This document shows, one piece after another, positions 1-11,067 of a DNA stretch of 64,000 bases (position 1 is the stretch's first letter; every line of letters starts with the position of its first letter). The notes beneath the pieces were generated by a model, which had not been told where the DNA came from, did not search any database, and worked only from the letters and a program-made list of their open reading frames with translations. This DNA comes from an uncultured Spirochaetota bacterium (lineage in GTDB: Bacteria > Spirochaetota > Spirochaetia > SZUA-6 > Fen-1364). Where the stretch lies: positions 640,001-704,000 of the forward strand of contig CAWAHW010000004.1 in the NCBI GenBank assembly GCA_963781885.1, given 5' to 3'. The position numbers and the translations under genes are program-made.

Positions 1-1176
<1,176 letters not shown>

Positions 1177-1323
1177 ATAGAACCTGACCTTGCGGCCAGG
1201 TTTTATACTTCGTTACCGCGCCTCCACAGCCTCGCTGACTTTGCGACTGCTTACGGCGCGTTTCGCCTTCCCACGGTTACCCATGGGCCGACGGACCCGC
1301 TCTTCTCTTTCTCCCCTTCCCTT

Positions 1324-1498
1324 TGCTGTCAAGGATCATTCCCTCTAAGGTTCACCCCAGAGGTCGCTTAAAAGGCCCTCGCGAACCCTTCATGCATTTT
1401 GCCCCAGAGACGGCACTTTCCCCCAACCTTTTTGATCAGAGGTTAGCACTTCACTTGCGGCAATTGAGAATATAGCCGCTTGCAATCACCAGTGTCAA
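1324..1498 (-). promoter_or_regulatory. rrn promoter and boxA-like antitermination element
   Basis: Minus strand TTGACA (1493-1498)-N18-TATATT (1469-1474), then boxA-like TGATCCTTGACAGCA (1324-1338) ahead of the 16S gene. Confidence 0.65.
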
Positions 1499-2070
1499 CT
1501 AGTTTTCCTGAAATTTCTTGCGAAATAGTAGCCGTAATCGGCCAGCGACCAGAGCGCAACGGCCGCCGCCACCACGAAAAGCCAGAATGCCACCTCCGCG
1601 GAAGGCCCCGCGCCTCCGGCGGGCCAGCCAAGCTTGTTCATGGAAAAGGCCAGAAGACCGCCGATTCCCGCAAAGGCATATACCCAGGCTTTCAGTTTCC
1701 CGCTCGTCCGCGCCGGCATGAGCACCCTGGCATGTGACATCATCACCCTGATGTATGCCACCGCGACGTCCCGATAGACCAGGATCAGGAAAATCCAGAG
1801 CGGGACAAGCCCGGAACCGACAAAAGCAAGGAAGTAAGTCAGCCTGCTGATGGAATCGGCAAAGGGATCCAGGACCTTTCCCAGCTCGCTCTCCTGGCCC
1901 AATTTACGCGCGAAGTAGCCGTCCAGGAGATCTGAAATCTCGATGAGGCCGAATACGACCCAGACCCCGATGAGCAGGAAAGGCGAGCCTTTGTCGGCAA
2001 GCTGGTAGAGCAGAAAGAATGCGGGGGCCAGAACGATTCTTCCCACGGTCAGCATCATCGGGAGGGTCAT
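1495..2070 (-). CDS. pgsA: CDP-diacylglycerol--glycerol-3-phosphate phosphatidyltransferase (CDP-alcohol phosphatidyltransferase)
   Basis: Motif DLLDGYFARKLGQESELGKVLDPFAD; hydrophobic; start taken at MTLPMMLT. Confidence 0.85.
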   Translation of the reverse strand: MTLPMMLTVGRIVLAPAFFLLYQLADKGSPFLLIGVWVVFGLIEISDLLDGYFARKLGQESELGKVLDPFADSISRLTYFLAFVGSGLVPLWIFLILVYRDVAVAYIRVMMSHARVLMPARTSGKLKAWVYAFAGIGGLLAFSMNKLGWPAGGAGPSAEVAFWLFVVAAAVALWSLADYGYYFARNFRKTS

Positions 2071-2188
2071 GCGAGCATAGTAGTGTTCCCGCAAGGTTCG
2101 TCAATCGGGGATGCATCGATGGGCGGGAGGCGCGCCCACCGGACAACCCGCCTTGACAGCGGGATGAAGGCACCATAGATTCGCCGTG

Positions 2189-3007
2189 ATGCCCGCGGAC
2201 AAGTCACTCACCAGAAGCATTGCCCTCCACGGCGTGCTCTTTTTTCTCGGCCAGACCGCGGTGCTTCTGGCGGTCACGATCGGCTATCGCATGGGGTGGC
2301 AGCGATTCGGGCTGTTCATGATCATCTCCGCCGCCTACCACGCGGGCCTCACCGTTCTCCTGGTGGTGCGCCGGGCGGATTTTCGCGTGGAAGGGGCCGA
2401 CGCTCCGCTCCCGCGCGTGAATCTCTCCAATACGCTGACGTTCGGCAGGCTCAGCTCCATACCGACCATCACGTACCTGATCGTCAAGGCATCCACCTAT
2501 TCCATCCTGCCCGTCATCCTGCCGTTCATCTGCATCGTGTTCGCAACGGATTTCGCCGACGGCATGGTGGCGCGCCGGCGCAAGGAGATCACGTTCGTCG
2601 GCCGGTACATGGATTCCTCCAGCGACTATCTCATGATCGTCGCGGTCTCCATCGTCCTGTTCTCCTACGCGCTCATCCCGCTGTGGTTTTTCCTGCTCGT
2701 CATGGGCAGGCTCGTGTTGTTCGCCCTCGGCATGATCTGGCTCACCCTCCGCGAGGGCAAGGCCAATCCACTGGCCACGTTCATCGGCAAGATGTCGATA
2801 TTCTCGCTCATGGTGCTGTACGCGATGGAGATCGCGCACCTCTTCGACGTTCCCTGGATCGGCGACGAGCGGGTCGTGACCGTCGTCGAATACCTTGTCG
2901 CGGTCATCGTCGCGGTGTCCGTCGTCGACAAGGCGATCTTCCTCGCGCGGCGATTCGCCGAGGTCCCCCGGAGAAGGCGGGCCCGCCACGCGGGCACGTC
3001 AGCCTGA
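2189..3007 (+). CDS. CDP-alcohol phosphatidyltransferase family protein with N-terminal membrane extension
   Basis: NLSNTLTFGRL...DFADGMVARRRKEITFVGRYMDSSSD motif; promoter TTGACA-N17-TAGATT just upstream. Confidence 0.85.
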   Translation: MPADKSLTRSIALHGVLFFLGQTAVLLAVTIGYRMGWQRFGLFMIISAAYHAGLTVLLVVRRADFRVEGADAPLPRVNLSNTLTFGRLSSIPTITYLIVKASTYSILPVILPFICIVFATDFADGMVARRRKEITFVGRYMDSSSDYLMIVAVSIVLFSYALIPLWFFLLVMGRLVLFALGMIWLTLREGKANPLATFIGKMSIFSLMVLYAMEIAHLFDVPWIGDERVVTVVEYLVAVIVAVSVVDKAIFLARRFAEVPRRRRARHAGTSA

Positions 3008-3808
3008 TTTCGCGACGATCTGCACCCCGCCGTCGTTCTGCACCATGATCCCGAACGAGTCGAACTCCTGCGCCCTCTTCAACGTCATTTCCACCTGCAC
3101 GGCTTTCACGCCGGGGATGCGCGTCTCGTTGCGCTCGAACAGGGACCAGAGCCGCTCGGAGATGCCCAGGGGATGGGCAAAGCGGAAATCGGTGTCCTGC
3201 TGGCGATAGGCATCGTTGAAGGACGTCATGCCCTCGAATCGGTACCACGTGCGGGCGCCGAGAAAGACGAACAGATCGCTGAAGATGACCACCTTGACGA
3301 TCGGCGCGAAATACGTGCCGTTCATCGTCAGGAGCACCGGCGCGTCGCCCTTGGGCACGAGCTCCAAGTGCATGGAGGAAGCGGTGGAAGAAAGCACCTT
3401 CACCTCGGCGATTTCCGTTTCACCCGTGAAGGCGCGGATGCTCTGGAGGAAAAGACCGAAGGAGAGGACCGCTGCCAGGAGGAGCACGACGATCGGGATG
3501 CCGAGCGATTTCTTGAATCGCAGGGCGGCGAAGGCGATGACGGCGGCAATGAGCGCGGCCCAGAGCATGCGCGGATCGCGAATCTTGCCGGCGCCGGGAA
3601 TGAAGACCGCCAGGAGCCCGAGGATCACGGCGATCGAAAGATAGATGCACGCGCCGACCCATTTCCACGTCCGTGCCCTGTCGGTGTCCGGCTTGTGGCG
3701 GACGCGCATCGAGGCGCGACTGGCCGCTGCACCGACGAAAAGACCTGCACACACGACCCAGACGAGCGGGCTGGACATCAGCGGATCGATCACCGGCACT
3801 CCACTCAT
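2999..3808 (-). CDS. hypothetical membrane protein
   Basis: About 4 TM segments then a soluble domain; GGAG RBS before MSGVPVID. Confidence 0.7.
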   Translation of the reverse strand: MSGVPVIDPLMSSPLVWVVCAGLFVGAAASRASMRVRHKPDTDRARTWKWVGACIYLSIAVILGLLAVFIPGAGKIRDPRMLWAALIAAVIAFAALRFKKSLGIPIVVLLLAAVLSFGLFLQSIRAFTGETEIAEVKVLSSTASSMHLELVPKGDAPVLLTMNGTYFAPIVKVVIFSDLFVFLGARTWYRFEGMTSFNDAYRQQDTDFRFAHPLGISERLWSLFERNETRIPGVKAVQVEMTLKRAQEFDSFGIMVQNDGGVQIVAKSG

Positions 3809-3848
3809 TTTTCTCCTCCCGGGGCGCGGCCCGCGCGCCGGACCGCGC

Positions 3849-3901
3849 AAATGTCACGGCGTACCGTGACCGCCAGAATGTCACGGCGTACCGTGACCGC
3901 C
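3849..3901 (+). repeat. 2 x 27-bp tandem palindromic repeat (G/A)AAT-GTCACGG-CGTA-CCGTGAC-CGCC
   Basis: Direct inspection; intergenic. Confidence 0.9.
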
Positions 3902-3902
3902 G

Positions 3903-5234
3903 TCAGTAGCGGTACGCGCTCCCGCCGATGAACTCCCGCAGCAGGGAACGCGCGGGCACGATGCCCTCGTCTTGCACGGCGGGTATCTGGTCGAAAAGCG
4001 TCCGCACGCGCACGGCGCGCTCGTATGCATCCTGCCTGTCGGCCACCCCCGCGCACTCCTCGATCACGGGAGCGAGATGCTTCTCCACCCTCGCCTTCAT
4101 GATCGGAAGCTCGTAGGGCAGAAAGCTGTTGACGATGACATGCGCGTGGCGCAGCTCCGGCACGATGTAACGCAGCTCCGCCCGGCGCACGAGGTGCCAA
4201 TGCCTGATCGTGGACCGGGGAGCATAGTTGCGGAACTGCATGTCGCGCACGATCCGGCGGAGCATGCGGATGTCCGCCCAGCGTATGTAGCGGCCGTCGG
4301 CGCCCTTGATCTGGGACAGCGTCTCGATGTACAGGCGGAACTTCATCTCTTCCGGGATGTTGCGCGTCATGTCGGGAAAGAGGCCGTGCAGCGAATCGAT
4401 GAGGATGACCGTGTTCTTTCCGATGGAAAGCTCATCGGTTTCCGGCTCCCGCTTTCCCGTCTTGAAGTCATAGCGGGGAATCTGCACGCTCCTGCCGTCG
4501 ATCAGCTTCTGCAGATGCTCGCTCAGGAGGGAGAGGTCGAGGGCCTGGGGGGTCTCGAAGTCGTAGTCGTCCTCGCCGACCCGGGGATGCATCTCCAGGT
4601 CGAAGAAGTAGTTGTCCACCGCAATGGAGGCCGTCGGGATGCCTTCCGTGGCAAGGCGCTCGCGGACCTTCAGGGTGGTGGTCGACTTTCCCGACGATGA
4701 AGGCCCGGCCACGATCACGACGCGCAGCTCGTCGCGGCGGGAAAGAATCTTCTCTACTGCCGCTTCCATCTCCCGCTCGTAAAATGCGTCCGATGCTTCA
4801 ACAAGGTCCGCGAGCTTTCCGATTGCGACCTGATTGGCCAGCTGCTCGAGCGTCACGCAGCCATGGTCCGTCGCCCAGGAGAGAGCCTCCCAGAGCTTGC
4901 GGTACGGGATATTCTCCTCCGAGTACGTGAGGCTCTCCCTGCCCGCGCGCTTCAGGGCATGCTCGTAGCGGTAGACGATGTAGGCTTTTGCGACGCGCGC
5001 GTGGCCGCGCTCGATCAGCGCCTTCTCCACCAGGTCCTGGATCTCCTCCACCGTGGGCCAGGAGGCGCGCCGCTGGCGCGCGGAGAGCAGGGCGATGACT
5101 TCATCGGTCACCCGCTCGGCTTCCTCGCTGTCCCTCCCGCCGCAGGCGACGGCCGCGCGGAAAACGGCGGAGGAGATCTTGTCCCGGCGGAAGGGCACCG
5201 CGCGGCCGTCCCGCTTGATGATCATGTCGCTCAC
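3903..5234 (-). CDS. ATP-cone domain plus uridine-kinase-like P-loop protein
   Basis: N-terminal IIKRDGRAVPF...VEEIQDLVEKALIERGHARVAKAYIVYR (ATP cone); Walker A AGPSSSGKST, DNYF, DFETPQALD, RMLRRIVRD. GTG start with GGAGG. Confidence 0.85.
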   Translation of the reverse strand: MSDMIIKRDGRAVPFRRDKISSAVFRAAVACGGRDSEEAERVTDEVIALLSARQRRASWPTVEEIQDLVEKALIERGHARVAKAYIVYRYEHALKRAGRESLTYSEENIPYRKLWEALSWATDHGCVTLEQLANQVAIGKLADLVEASDAFYEREMEAAVEKILSRRDELRVVIVAGPSSSGKSTTTLKVRERLATEGIPTASIAVDNYFFDLEMHPRVGEDDYDFETPQALDLSLLSEHLQKLIDGRSVQIPRYDFKTGKREPETDELSIGKNTVILIDSLHGLFPDMTRNIPEEMKFRLYIETLSQIKGADGRYIRWADIRMLRRIVRDMQFRNYAPRSTIRHWHLVRRAELRYIVPELRHAHVIVNSFLPYELPIMKARVEKHLAPVIEECAGVADRQDAYERAVRVRTLFDQIPAVQDEGIVPARSLLREFIGGSAYRY

Positions 5235-5256
5235 GGCGTCCTCCGCGCCTCCGGGC

Positions 5257-6999
5257 TCAATCCAGCGTCCGCGGCCGAACCTCCGTTTCGATCTGGGAAA
5301 GGAAATCGGCAAGGGGAATGAGGTTCTTCTGCTCCCCCGCGCGCGTGCGCACGGACACGCTGCGGCCGTTCTGCTCCTTCTCACCGAGGATCAGCATGAA
5401 GGGCACCTTCTGGTTCTGGGCGTTGCGGATCTTCGCATTCATGCGGTCGTCGCCGCTGTCGATCTGCGCGCGCACGCCGCGCCCCCGCAGCGCCTTCACC
5501 ACCTCTTCGGCATAGCCGACGAAGGCCGGCGCAACGGGTATCGCCACCGCCTGCACGGGTGCAAGCCACGCGGGGAAGGCGCCGCCGTAATGCTCCACGA
5601 GCACGCCGAAGAATCTCTCCATCGAGCCCAGGAGCGCGCGATGCACCATGAACGGCCTTTTTTGCGTGTTGTCGGAGGCGACATAGGTGATGCCGAAACG
5701 CTCGGGCTCGTTCCAGTCGAACTGTATCGTCGTCATCTGCCATTCCCGGCCGAGGGCGTCCTTGATCTTCAGGTCGATCTTTGGGCCGTAGAATGCCCCT
5801 CCACCCTCGTCCATCACGACGTCCAGCTTTTCCGTCTCTGCCGCGCGCCGCAGCGACGCGATGGCCTTCTCCCATGTCGCGTCGTCGCCGATGCCGCCGG
5901 CGGGCTTCGTGGCGAGGTACGCCTTGATGTCCGTGAATCCGAATGCCTTCCAGATCTTCAGGGAGAAGCGCAGCACCTCGAGGATCTCGTCGTCGATCTG
6001 CTCGGGCGTGCAGATAATATGCGCATCGTCCTGCGTGAAGCCGCGCACGCGCAGGAGGCCGTGGAGGACGCCGGACTTTTCGTAGCGATACACGGTGCCC
6101 AGCTCCGCCCAGCGCAGGGGCAGGTCCCGGTAGGAGCGCTGCTGGTTCTTGTAGATCATGAGGTGGAAGGGGCAGTTCATCGGCTTGAGGTAGTAATCCA
6201 CGTCGTCGATGGACAGGGGCGCGTACATGTTCTGCTTGTAGAAGCCGAGGTGGCCGGAGGTCTCCCACAGCCACCCCTTGCCGATGTGCGGGGTGTAGAG
6301 AAGCTCGTAGCCGTTCTTCAAATGCTCGGAGCGCCAGAAGTCCTCGATGGCAAGGCGCACGCGGGCGCCCTTGGGGTGCCAGTAGATGAGCCCGGCGCCG
6401 GCTTCCTCGTGGATGGAATACAGGTCGAGCTCCCTGCCCAGCCTGCGGTGGTCGCGCTTCTCGATCTCCTCCAGCTTTTTCAGGTGCGCGTCGAGCTCGG
6501 CGCGGGACTGCCAGGCGGTTCCATAGATGCGCTGGAGCATCTTGTTCTTTTCATCGCCGCGCCAGTATGCCCCCGCAATGGAGGTGAGCTTGAAGGCATC
6601 GGGCTTCAAGGCGCTCGTGTCGGCGACATGGGGGCCGCGGCAAAGATCGGTGAAGGTGTCCTGCGTGTACGTGGAGATTTGCTCGCCTTCGGGAAAGTCT
6701 GCAATCAGCTCCAGCTTGTATGGCTGGTCCTTGAACAGGTGCTGCGCAGCCTCCCTGCTCACCACGGCGCGCGAGAAGGCGTGGTTGCCGGCGACGATGT
6801 CGCGCATGCGCTTTTCGATCTCCGCAAGGTCCTCGCTCGTCACGGCGCGCGGGAGATCGAAATCGTAGTAGAAGCCGTCGTCGATGGCGGGCCCGATAGC
6901 AAGCTTCGCGCCCGGAAACATCTGCACCACGGCTTCCGCCATGACGTGAGAAAAGGAATGTCGGATCGCGTAGAGCGCGTCCTTCCGCGGATCGTCCAT
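5257..6999 (-). CDS. thrS: threonine--tRNA ligase (no N-terminal TGS domain)
   Basis: RHSFSHVMA, DLCRGPHV, RDHRRLG, KPMNCPFH, RVRGFTQDDAH, GAFYGPKID motifs; RBS GGAGG. Confidence 0.97.
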   Translation of the reverse strand: MDDPRKDALYAIRHSFSHVMAEAVVQMFPGAKLAIGPAIDDGFYYDFDLPRAVTSEDLAEIEKRMRDIVAGNHAFSRAVVSREAAQHLFKDQPYKLELIADFPEGEQISTYTQDTFTDLCRGPHVADTSALKPDAFKLTSIAGAYWRGDEKNKMLQRIYGTAWQSRAELDAHLKKLEEIEKRDHRRLGRELDLYSIHEEAGAGLIYWHPKGARVRLAIEDFWRSEHLKNGYELLYTPHIGKGWLWETSGHLGFYKQNMYAPLSIDDVDYYLKPMNCPFHLMIYKNQQRSYRDLPLRWAELGTVYRYEKSGVLHGLLRVRGFTQDDAHIICTPEQIDDEILEVLRFSLKIWKAFGFTDIKAYLATKPAGGIGDDATWEKAIASLRRAAETEKLDVVMDEGGGAFYGPKIDLKIKDALGREWQMTTIQFDWNEPERFGITYVASDNTQKRPFMVHRALLGSMERFFGVLVEHYGGAFPAWLAPVQAVAIPVAPAFVGYAEEVVKALRGRGVRAQIDSGDDRMNAKIRNAQNQKVPFMLILGEKEQNGRSVSVRTRAGEQKNLIPLADFLSQIETEVRPRTLD

Positions 7000-7059
7000 C
7001 ACGGGCCTCCCCCGCCATGCCCGCCGCGGGAATACGCGGAAGGCTGGCATCAGTCGCTC

Positions 7060-7448
7060 CAGATGACAAAGCCCCTTTCGGCTGGGCTCGTCCTCATCGT
7101 TGCCGCGGGCAAACTGCCCCGGCGCCAAGGACGAAAAGCCGACAGGGGCTTTCCGCGGTTCCACCTTGTTTCACGCCCGCCCCGACCGATTGCCACGGAG
7201 GACCGTGGCCGGGGGACGCGCGCGCTCTCTCTGCCCACTGACGGGGGACGACCGGCAGGCTCTTACTCGACCGCGCGAGCGATCTTTGGAGCCGCAGCTC
7301 GGGAGGGGTTTTCAGCGGGTGTCGTCCAGGCGCCTTGCAGCTCCCGCGCGCGACCGCGCGCTTCGGGCGCCCTCTCTCAGGCCGACTGTGGTGCGTGTCC
7401 GCCATGCGGTTCCCGGACCGGCCGCCTACTCGTCTCCGTCACAGCTTT
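7060..7448 (-). promoter_or_regulatory. T-box riboswitch, Thr specifier ACC
   Basis: Minus strand: Stem I base GCTGTGACGGAGACGAGTAG, AGAGAG bulge, GCTG loop, specifier GAAA-ACC-CCTCCCGAGC (ACC at 7307-7309), AGTA and CCGTCA boxes, T-box AAGGTGGAACCGCG (7154-7167), TCGTCCTT, and a downstream terminator/sequestrator hairpin. Confidence 0.9.
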
Positions 7449-7493
7449 GCCCGGAGTATCCGGAAAATCCGCCGCCGATGTCAAGTGGCCGCC

Positions 7494-7557
7494 GAATGCC
7501 ATGGCGTACCCTGGCCGCCGAATGCCATGGCGTACGAATGCCACGGAGTACCGTGGC
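7494..7557 (+). repeat. cluster of three GAAT-hairpin units (GAAT-GCCATGG-CGTA-CCCTGGC; one truncated copy; GAAT-GCCACGG-AGTA-CCGTGGC)
   Basis: Direct inspection; lies between two divergent TTGACA boxes (7479-7484 minus, 7571-7576 plus). Confidence 0.85.
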
Positions 7558-7608
7558 CGGCGTGGCCGCGTTGACACCTCCCCGGGCCGGCACTACACTC
7601 ACCCTTCG

Positions 7609-9001
7609 ATGAAACGCATCGACATCTACACGATCGACATCGGCGGCGGCCATATCGCCCCCGCCCAGGCGCTGAAACAGCAATTCGACATCATGGGATA
7701 CGAGGACCTCGAGGTGCGCGTCGTGAACCTCGGCATCGTCCTGCCGGCCACGTTCATGCGCTTCATCTACAAGCTCTACTGGGACAAGGCGCTGCGCTAC
7801 CCGCCCCTCATCAACGCATTCTACCGCGGGGCGGACAACCCGTTCATCATGAAGATCGTCGACCGTCTCCTGAGCATCCCAATCCTGCCGCGTTTCGTGC
7901 GATACCTGGAAAAGGAAAAGCCCGACCTGATCGTATCCACCTATTTCACCTTCACGCACTTCGTCGAGTTTCTCAAGCGCGTCGGGCAGATGGATGCCGT
8001 GGCGGTCGTGCTCAATCCCGAGCCATTCGATTCGCACTATATCTGGTTCTCCCAGGCCTTCGAATGGAGCATGGTCTTCTCCCACAAGTCCTACGAGGAG
8101 ATCATCGCCAAGGGCCTTCCCGCGGCAAAGGTCCGCGAGTTCCACTTTCCGATCAAGCCGAGCTATACCAGGCGGACGGAATCGAAGGCGGTCCTGCGGC
8201 GCCGCATCGGGGTCGCGCCGAAGCCATTCACGGTGCTTTTCTTTTTCGGCGCCGAGGGCGTCGGCCCGGTCCGCAAGCATATCAACGCCATGGTCGAGAA
8301 CGATCTTGCCGCCCAGGTCGTGGTGATCTGCGGCAAGAACGAGAAGCTGAAGGCGGAGCTGGACACGCTCGCCCGGGAGCTCACCGGGCCTCTCACACTC
8401 CACGTCCGCGGCTACGTGACGAATGTCTCCGAATACGTGGCCGCCGCGGACGTCGTGGTGGGCAAGTCGGGGCCCAACCAGGTCTTCGAGACGCTGCTGC
8501 AGAACAGGCCCCTTATCATCTCCAGCTACCTTGCGAATGAGAGGGAAACCTCGACGTGGGTCGTCGAGAACAAGGTGGGCTGGCTCACCCGCACGCCGAC
8601 GCACCTCACCGCGCTGCTGGCCCGGCTGGCATCGCACCCGTCGGTGATCAAGGAATACCAGGCGAACATCCGTGCGCTGAAGCTCCGTTCAGGGGCACCG
8701 GAGAATCTGCGAGTTCCTCTACGGCCTCGTGAGCCAGGATCGCGTGGTGAAGAAGAGGCCGATGGCGGATGCGATTCGACGGCTTCGGGAGGCCGTGCTC
8801 GCGGAGGGCGAGGCGTTGTCGCGCCGGTTCGATGCGTCCCAGGCTGAACGGCAGAAGCGCCGCGCAGATGCCCGCGTCACCGCCGGGAAGCGCCCGAATG
8901 TGCGCCACGCGGCAAAGCAACCGGCACCAAAAATCATCAAGCGGCCTTCCGCAGGCGCCGCCAAGCCCGCGGCCCGTCGCAAAGGTGGAAAGGCGCGCTG
9001 A
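7609..9001 (+). CDS. MGDG synthase/UgtP-like GT28 glycosyltransferase; probable 1-nt insertion near 8704
   Basis: GGGHIAPAQAL, PDLIVSTY, VICGKNEKLK, GYVTNVSEYVAAADVVVGKSGP. Removing one A gives GAPEICEFLYGLV... continuing to the stop at 9001 (uncorrected frame ends at 8847). Confidence 0.85.
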
Positions 9002-9076
9002 CGCGACGCGGTAATCCGCGTCATTCGACGCGACGCGGTAATCCGCGTCATTCGACGCGACGCGGTAATCCGCGTC
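9000..9076 (-). repeat. 3 x 27-bp tandem palindromic repeat GAAT-GACGCGG-ATTA-CCGCGTC-GCGTC
   Basis: Exact tandem copies filling the gap between two convergent stop codons; no unique spacers. Confidence 0.95.
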
Positions 9077-11067
9077 TACTTCCAGTCCCGGATGCGCTTC
9101 TCCAACGATGCCGCGGTGATCCCGAGGTGCTCGGCGATCTTCTGGTACGGCCCTGATTCGCCGAACCGGTCGATGCCTACCACCAGCGTCGTGGTATCAA
9201 AGGGGCCCTTCCAGCCGAAGGAGACACCCGCCTCGAAAATGACGAGCTTCGCAGCGGGAGGAACGAGTGATGCGCGGAAATCGGCCGGCTGCTTGGCGAG
9301 CAGCTCGCGGGAGAGCACGGACACCACGCGCACCTTCATATCGGTCAGGGCAGCCGCGGCCTGCAGCGCCACGGAAACTTCGGAACCTGTCGCGACGATC
9401 ACGACATCGGGCTTGCCGTCGCAGCTCTTCGCAATATAGGCGCCGCGCGCAATCGTCGTGCGCCAGTCGGGGTCCGCCTTGGGATACACGGCGATGCCCT
9501 GGCGCGTGAGTGCCAGCGCGCTCGGCCCGTCCGTCCGCCCCATCGCAATGCGCCACGCCATTTCCGTCTCTTCTGCATCACCCGGGCGCAGGAGCATGAG
9601 GTTGGGGATGGCACGGAGCGCCGCAAGGTGCTCCACGGGCTCGTGCGTCGGGCCGTCCTCGCCGACGAAGACCGAATCATGGGTGAGCACGTAGATCACG
9701 GGCAGCTTCGCGATGGCCGCGACCCGCACCGCCGGGCGCATGTAGTCGCTGAAAACCATGAACGTCGCGCAGAACGGCCGCAGCCCTCCGTGGTAGGCGA
9801 TGCCATTGCAGACAGCCGCCATGCCGTGCTCGCGGATGCCGAAATGAAAATTGCGCCCGAGCGGATTGGCCTTGCTGAAATCGCCCATGTCCTTGAGATT
9901 CGTACTATTCGACGGGGCGAGGTCGGCCGAGCCGCCGACCAGGTTCGGCACCACCTTTGCGATGGCGTTGAGCACCTGCCCGCCTGCAGCCCGGGTGGCA
10001 AGATTGTCCCCGAGCTTGAAGACCGGCATGGTGGCTTTGGAGAGGTCCGCCCCGCGGGCAAAGCAGAGATCCCATTCCTTCACCTTGTCGGGGTTTTCCG
10101 CACGCCAGGCGGCGAAGCTCTTCTTCCACTCATCGTAATGGGTCTTCCATTCCGGCTGCTTCGCCTTGAAATAGGCGGGGGCATCGGGGAAGACGTAGAA
10201 CTGGCTTCCGTCGGGAACGCCGATGGCCTTTTTCGCGCCTGCGGCTTCCTCCGCCCCGAGGGGCTCGCCATGTGCCTTTGCCGTGCCGGCGCGCGTGGGG
10301 GCGCCCTTGCCGATCACGGATTGCAGGAGGATGAACGTCGGGCGATCCGCGGCGGCCTTCGCGGTCTGCACCATCCCCATGATGCCTTCCAGGTCGTACA
10401 TGCTGCCGGACATTGTGCGCCAGCCGTAGCCCTCGTAGCGCTTCATGACGTTTTCGGAAAAGGCAAGATCGGTGGAGCCTTCGATCGTGATGCGGTTCGA
10501 ATCGTAGAAGACGATGAGCTTTCCCAGGCCGAGGTGCCCGGCGAGCGACGATGCCTCGGAGGCCACTCCTTCCATCATATCGCCGTCGCTCGCCAGGACG
10601 TAGGTCCAGTGGTCGATGATGGCGCGCGTCGGCGTGTTGAAGCGCGCGGCGAGGATCCGCTCCGCGATGGCCATGCCCACCGCATTGGAGATGCCCTGTC
10701 CGAGCGGTCCACCCGTGGCTTCCACGCCGGGGGTCACGCCCCACTCGGGATGACCGGGCGTCCGCGAGCCAAGCTGGCGGAAACCCTTGATGTCGTCGAG
10801 GCTGAGGTCGTACCCCGAGAGGTGGAGGAGGGCATAGAGCAGCATGCAGCCGTGGCCCGCTGACAACACGAACCTGTCCCGATTGATCCAGCCCGGATCC
10901 TGCGGCCAATGATGGAGCAGCTCGCCGTAGACGAGCGCCCCGAGCTCCGCGCATCCCATGGGAAGACCGGGATGTCCCGATTTCGCCTTCTCCACCGCGT
11001 CGATCGCAAGCGATCTGACGCTGTTTGCAACCGCCGTCAAAGCCGCAGAGTTCATCTCGTCCTCCAT
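9076..11067 (-). CDS. tkt: transketolase
   Basis: [54 protein letters not shown]. Confidence 0.97.
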   Translation of the reverse strand: MEDEMNSAALTAVANSVRSLAIDAVEKAKSGHPGLPMGCAELGALVYGELLHHWPQDPGWINRDRFVLSAGHGCMLLYALLHLSGYDLSLDDIKGFRQLGSRTPGHPEWGVTPGVEATGGPLGQGISNAVGMAIAERILAARFNTPTRAIIDHWTYVLASDGDMMEGVASEASSLAGHLGLGKLIVFYDSNRITIEGSTDLAFSENVMKRYEGYGWRTMSGSMYDLEGIMGMVQTAKAAADRPTFILLQSVIGKGAPTRAGTAKAHGEPLGAEEAAGAKKAIGVPDGSQFYVFPDAPAYFKAKQPEWKTHYDEWKKSFAAWRAENPDKVKEWDLCFARGADLSKATMPVFKLGDNLATRAAGGQVLNAIAKVVPNLVGGSADLAPSNSTNLKDMGDFSKANPLGRNFHFGIREHGMAAVCNGIAYHGGLRPFCATFMVFSDYMRPAVRVAAIAKLPVIYVLTHDSVFVGEDGPTHEPVEHLAALRAIPNLMLLRPGDAEETEMAWRIAMGRTDGPSALALTRQGIAVYPKADPDWRTTIARGAYIAKSCDGKPDVVIVATGSEVSVALQAAAALTDMKVRVVSVLSRELLAKQPADFRASLVPPAAKLVIFEAGVSFGWKGPFDTTTLVVGIDRFGESGPYQKIAEHLGITAASLEKRIRDWK

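Noticed and set aside
7481-7484. TCAA near the GAAT hairpins as an IS608-type cleavage site
   Set aside because: It is simply part of the minus-strand TTGACA -35 box and is not seen at the other loci.
5053-8847. 1264-aa plus-strand ORF
   Set aside because: The first ~850 codons are the antisense shadow of thrS and the T-box; the real gene starts at 7609 behind its own promoter.
9000-9076. CRISPR array
   Set aside because: Units are contiguous with no unique spacers, and no cas genes are present. The same applies to 3849, 7494 and 35729.
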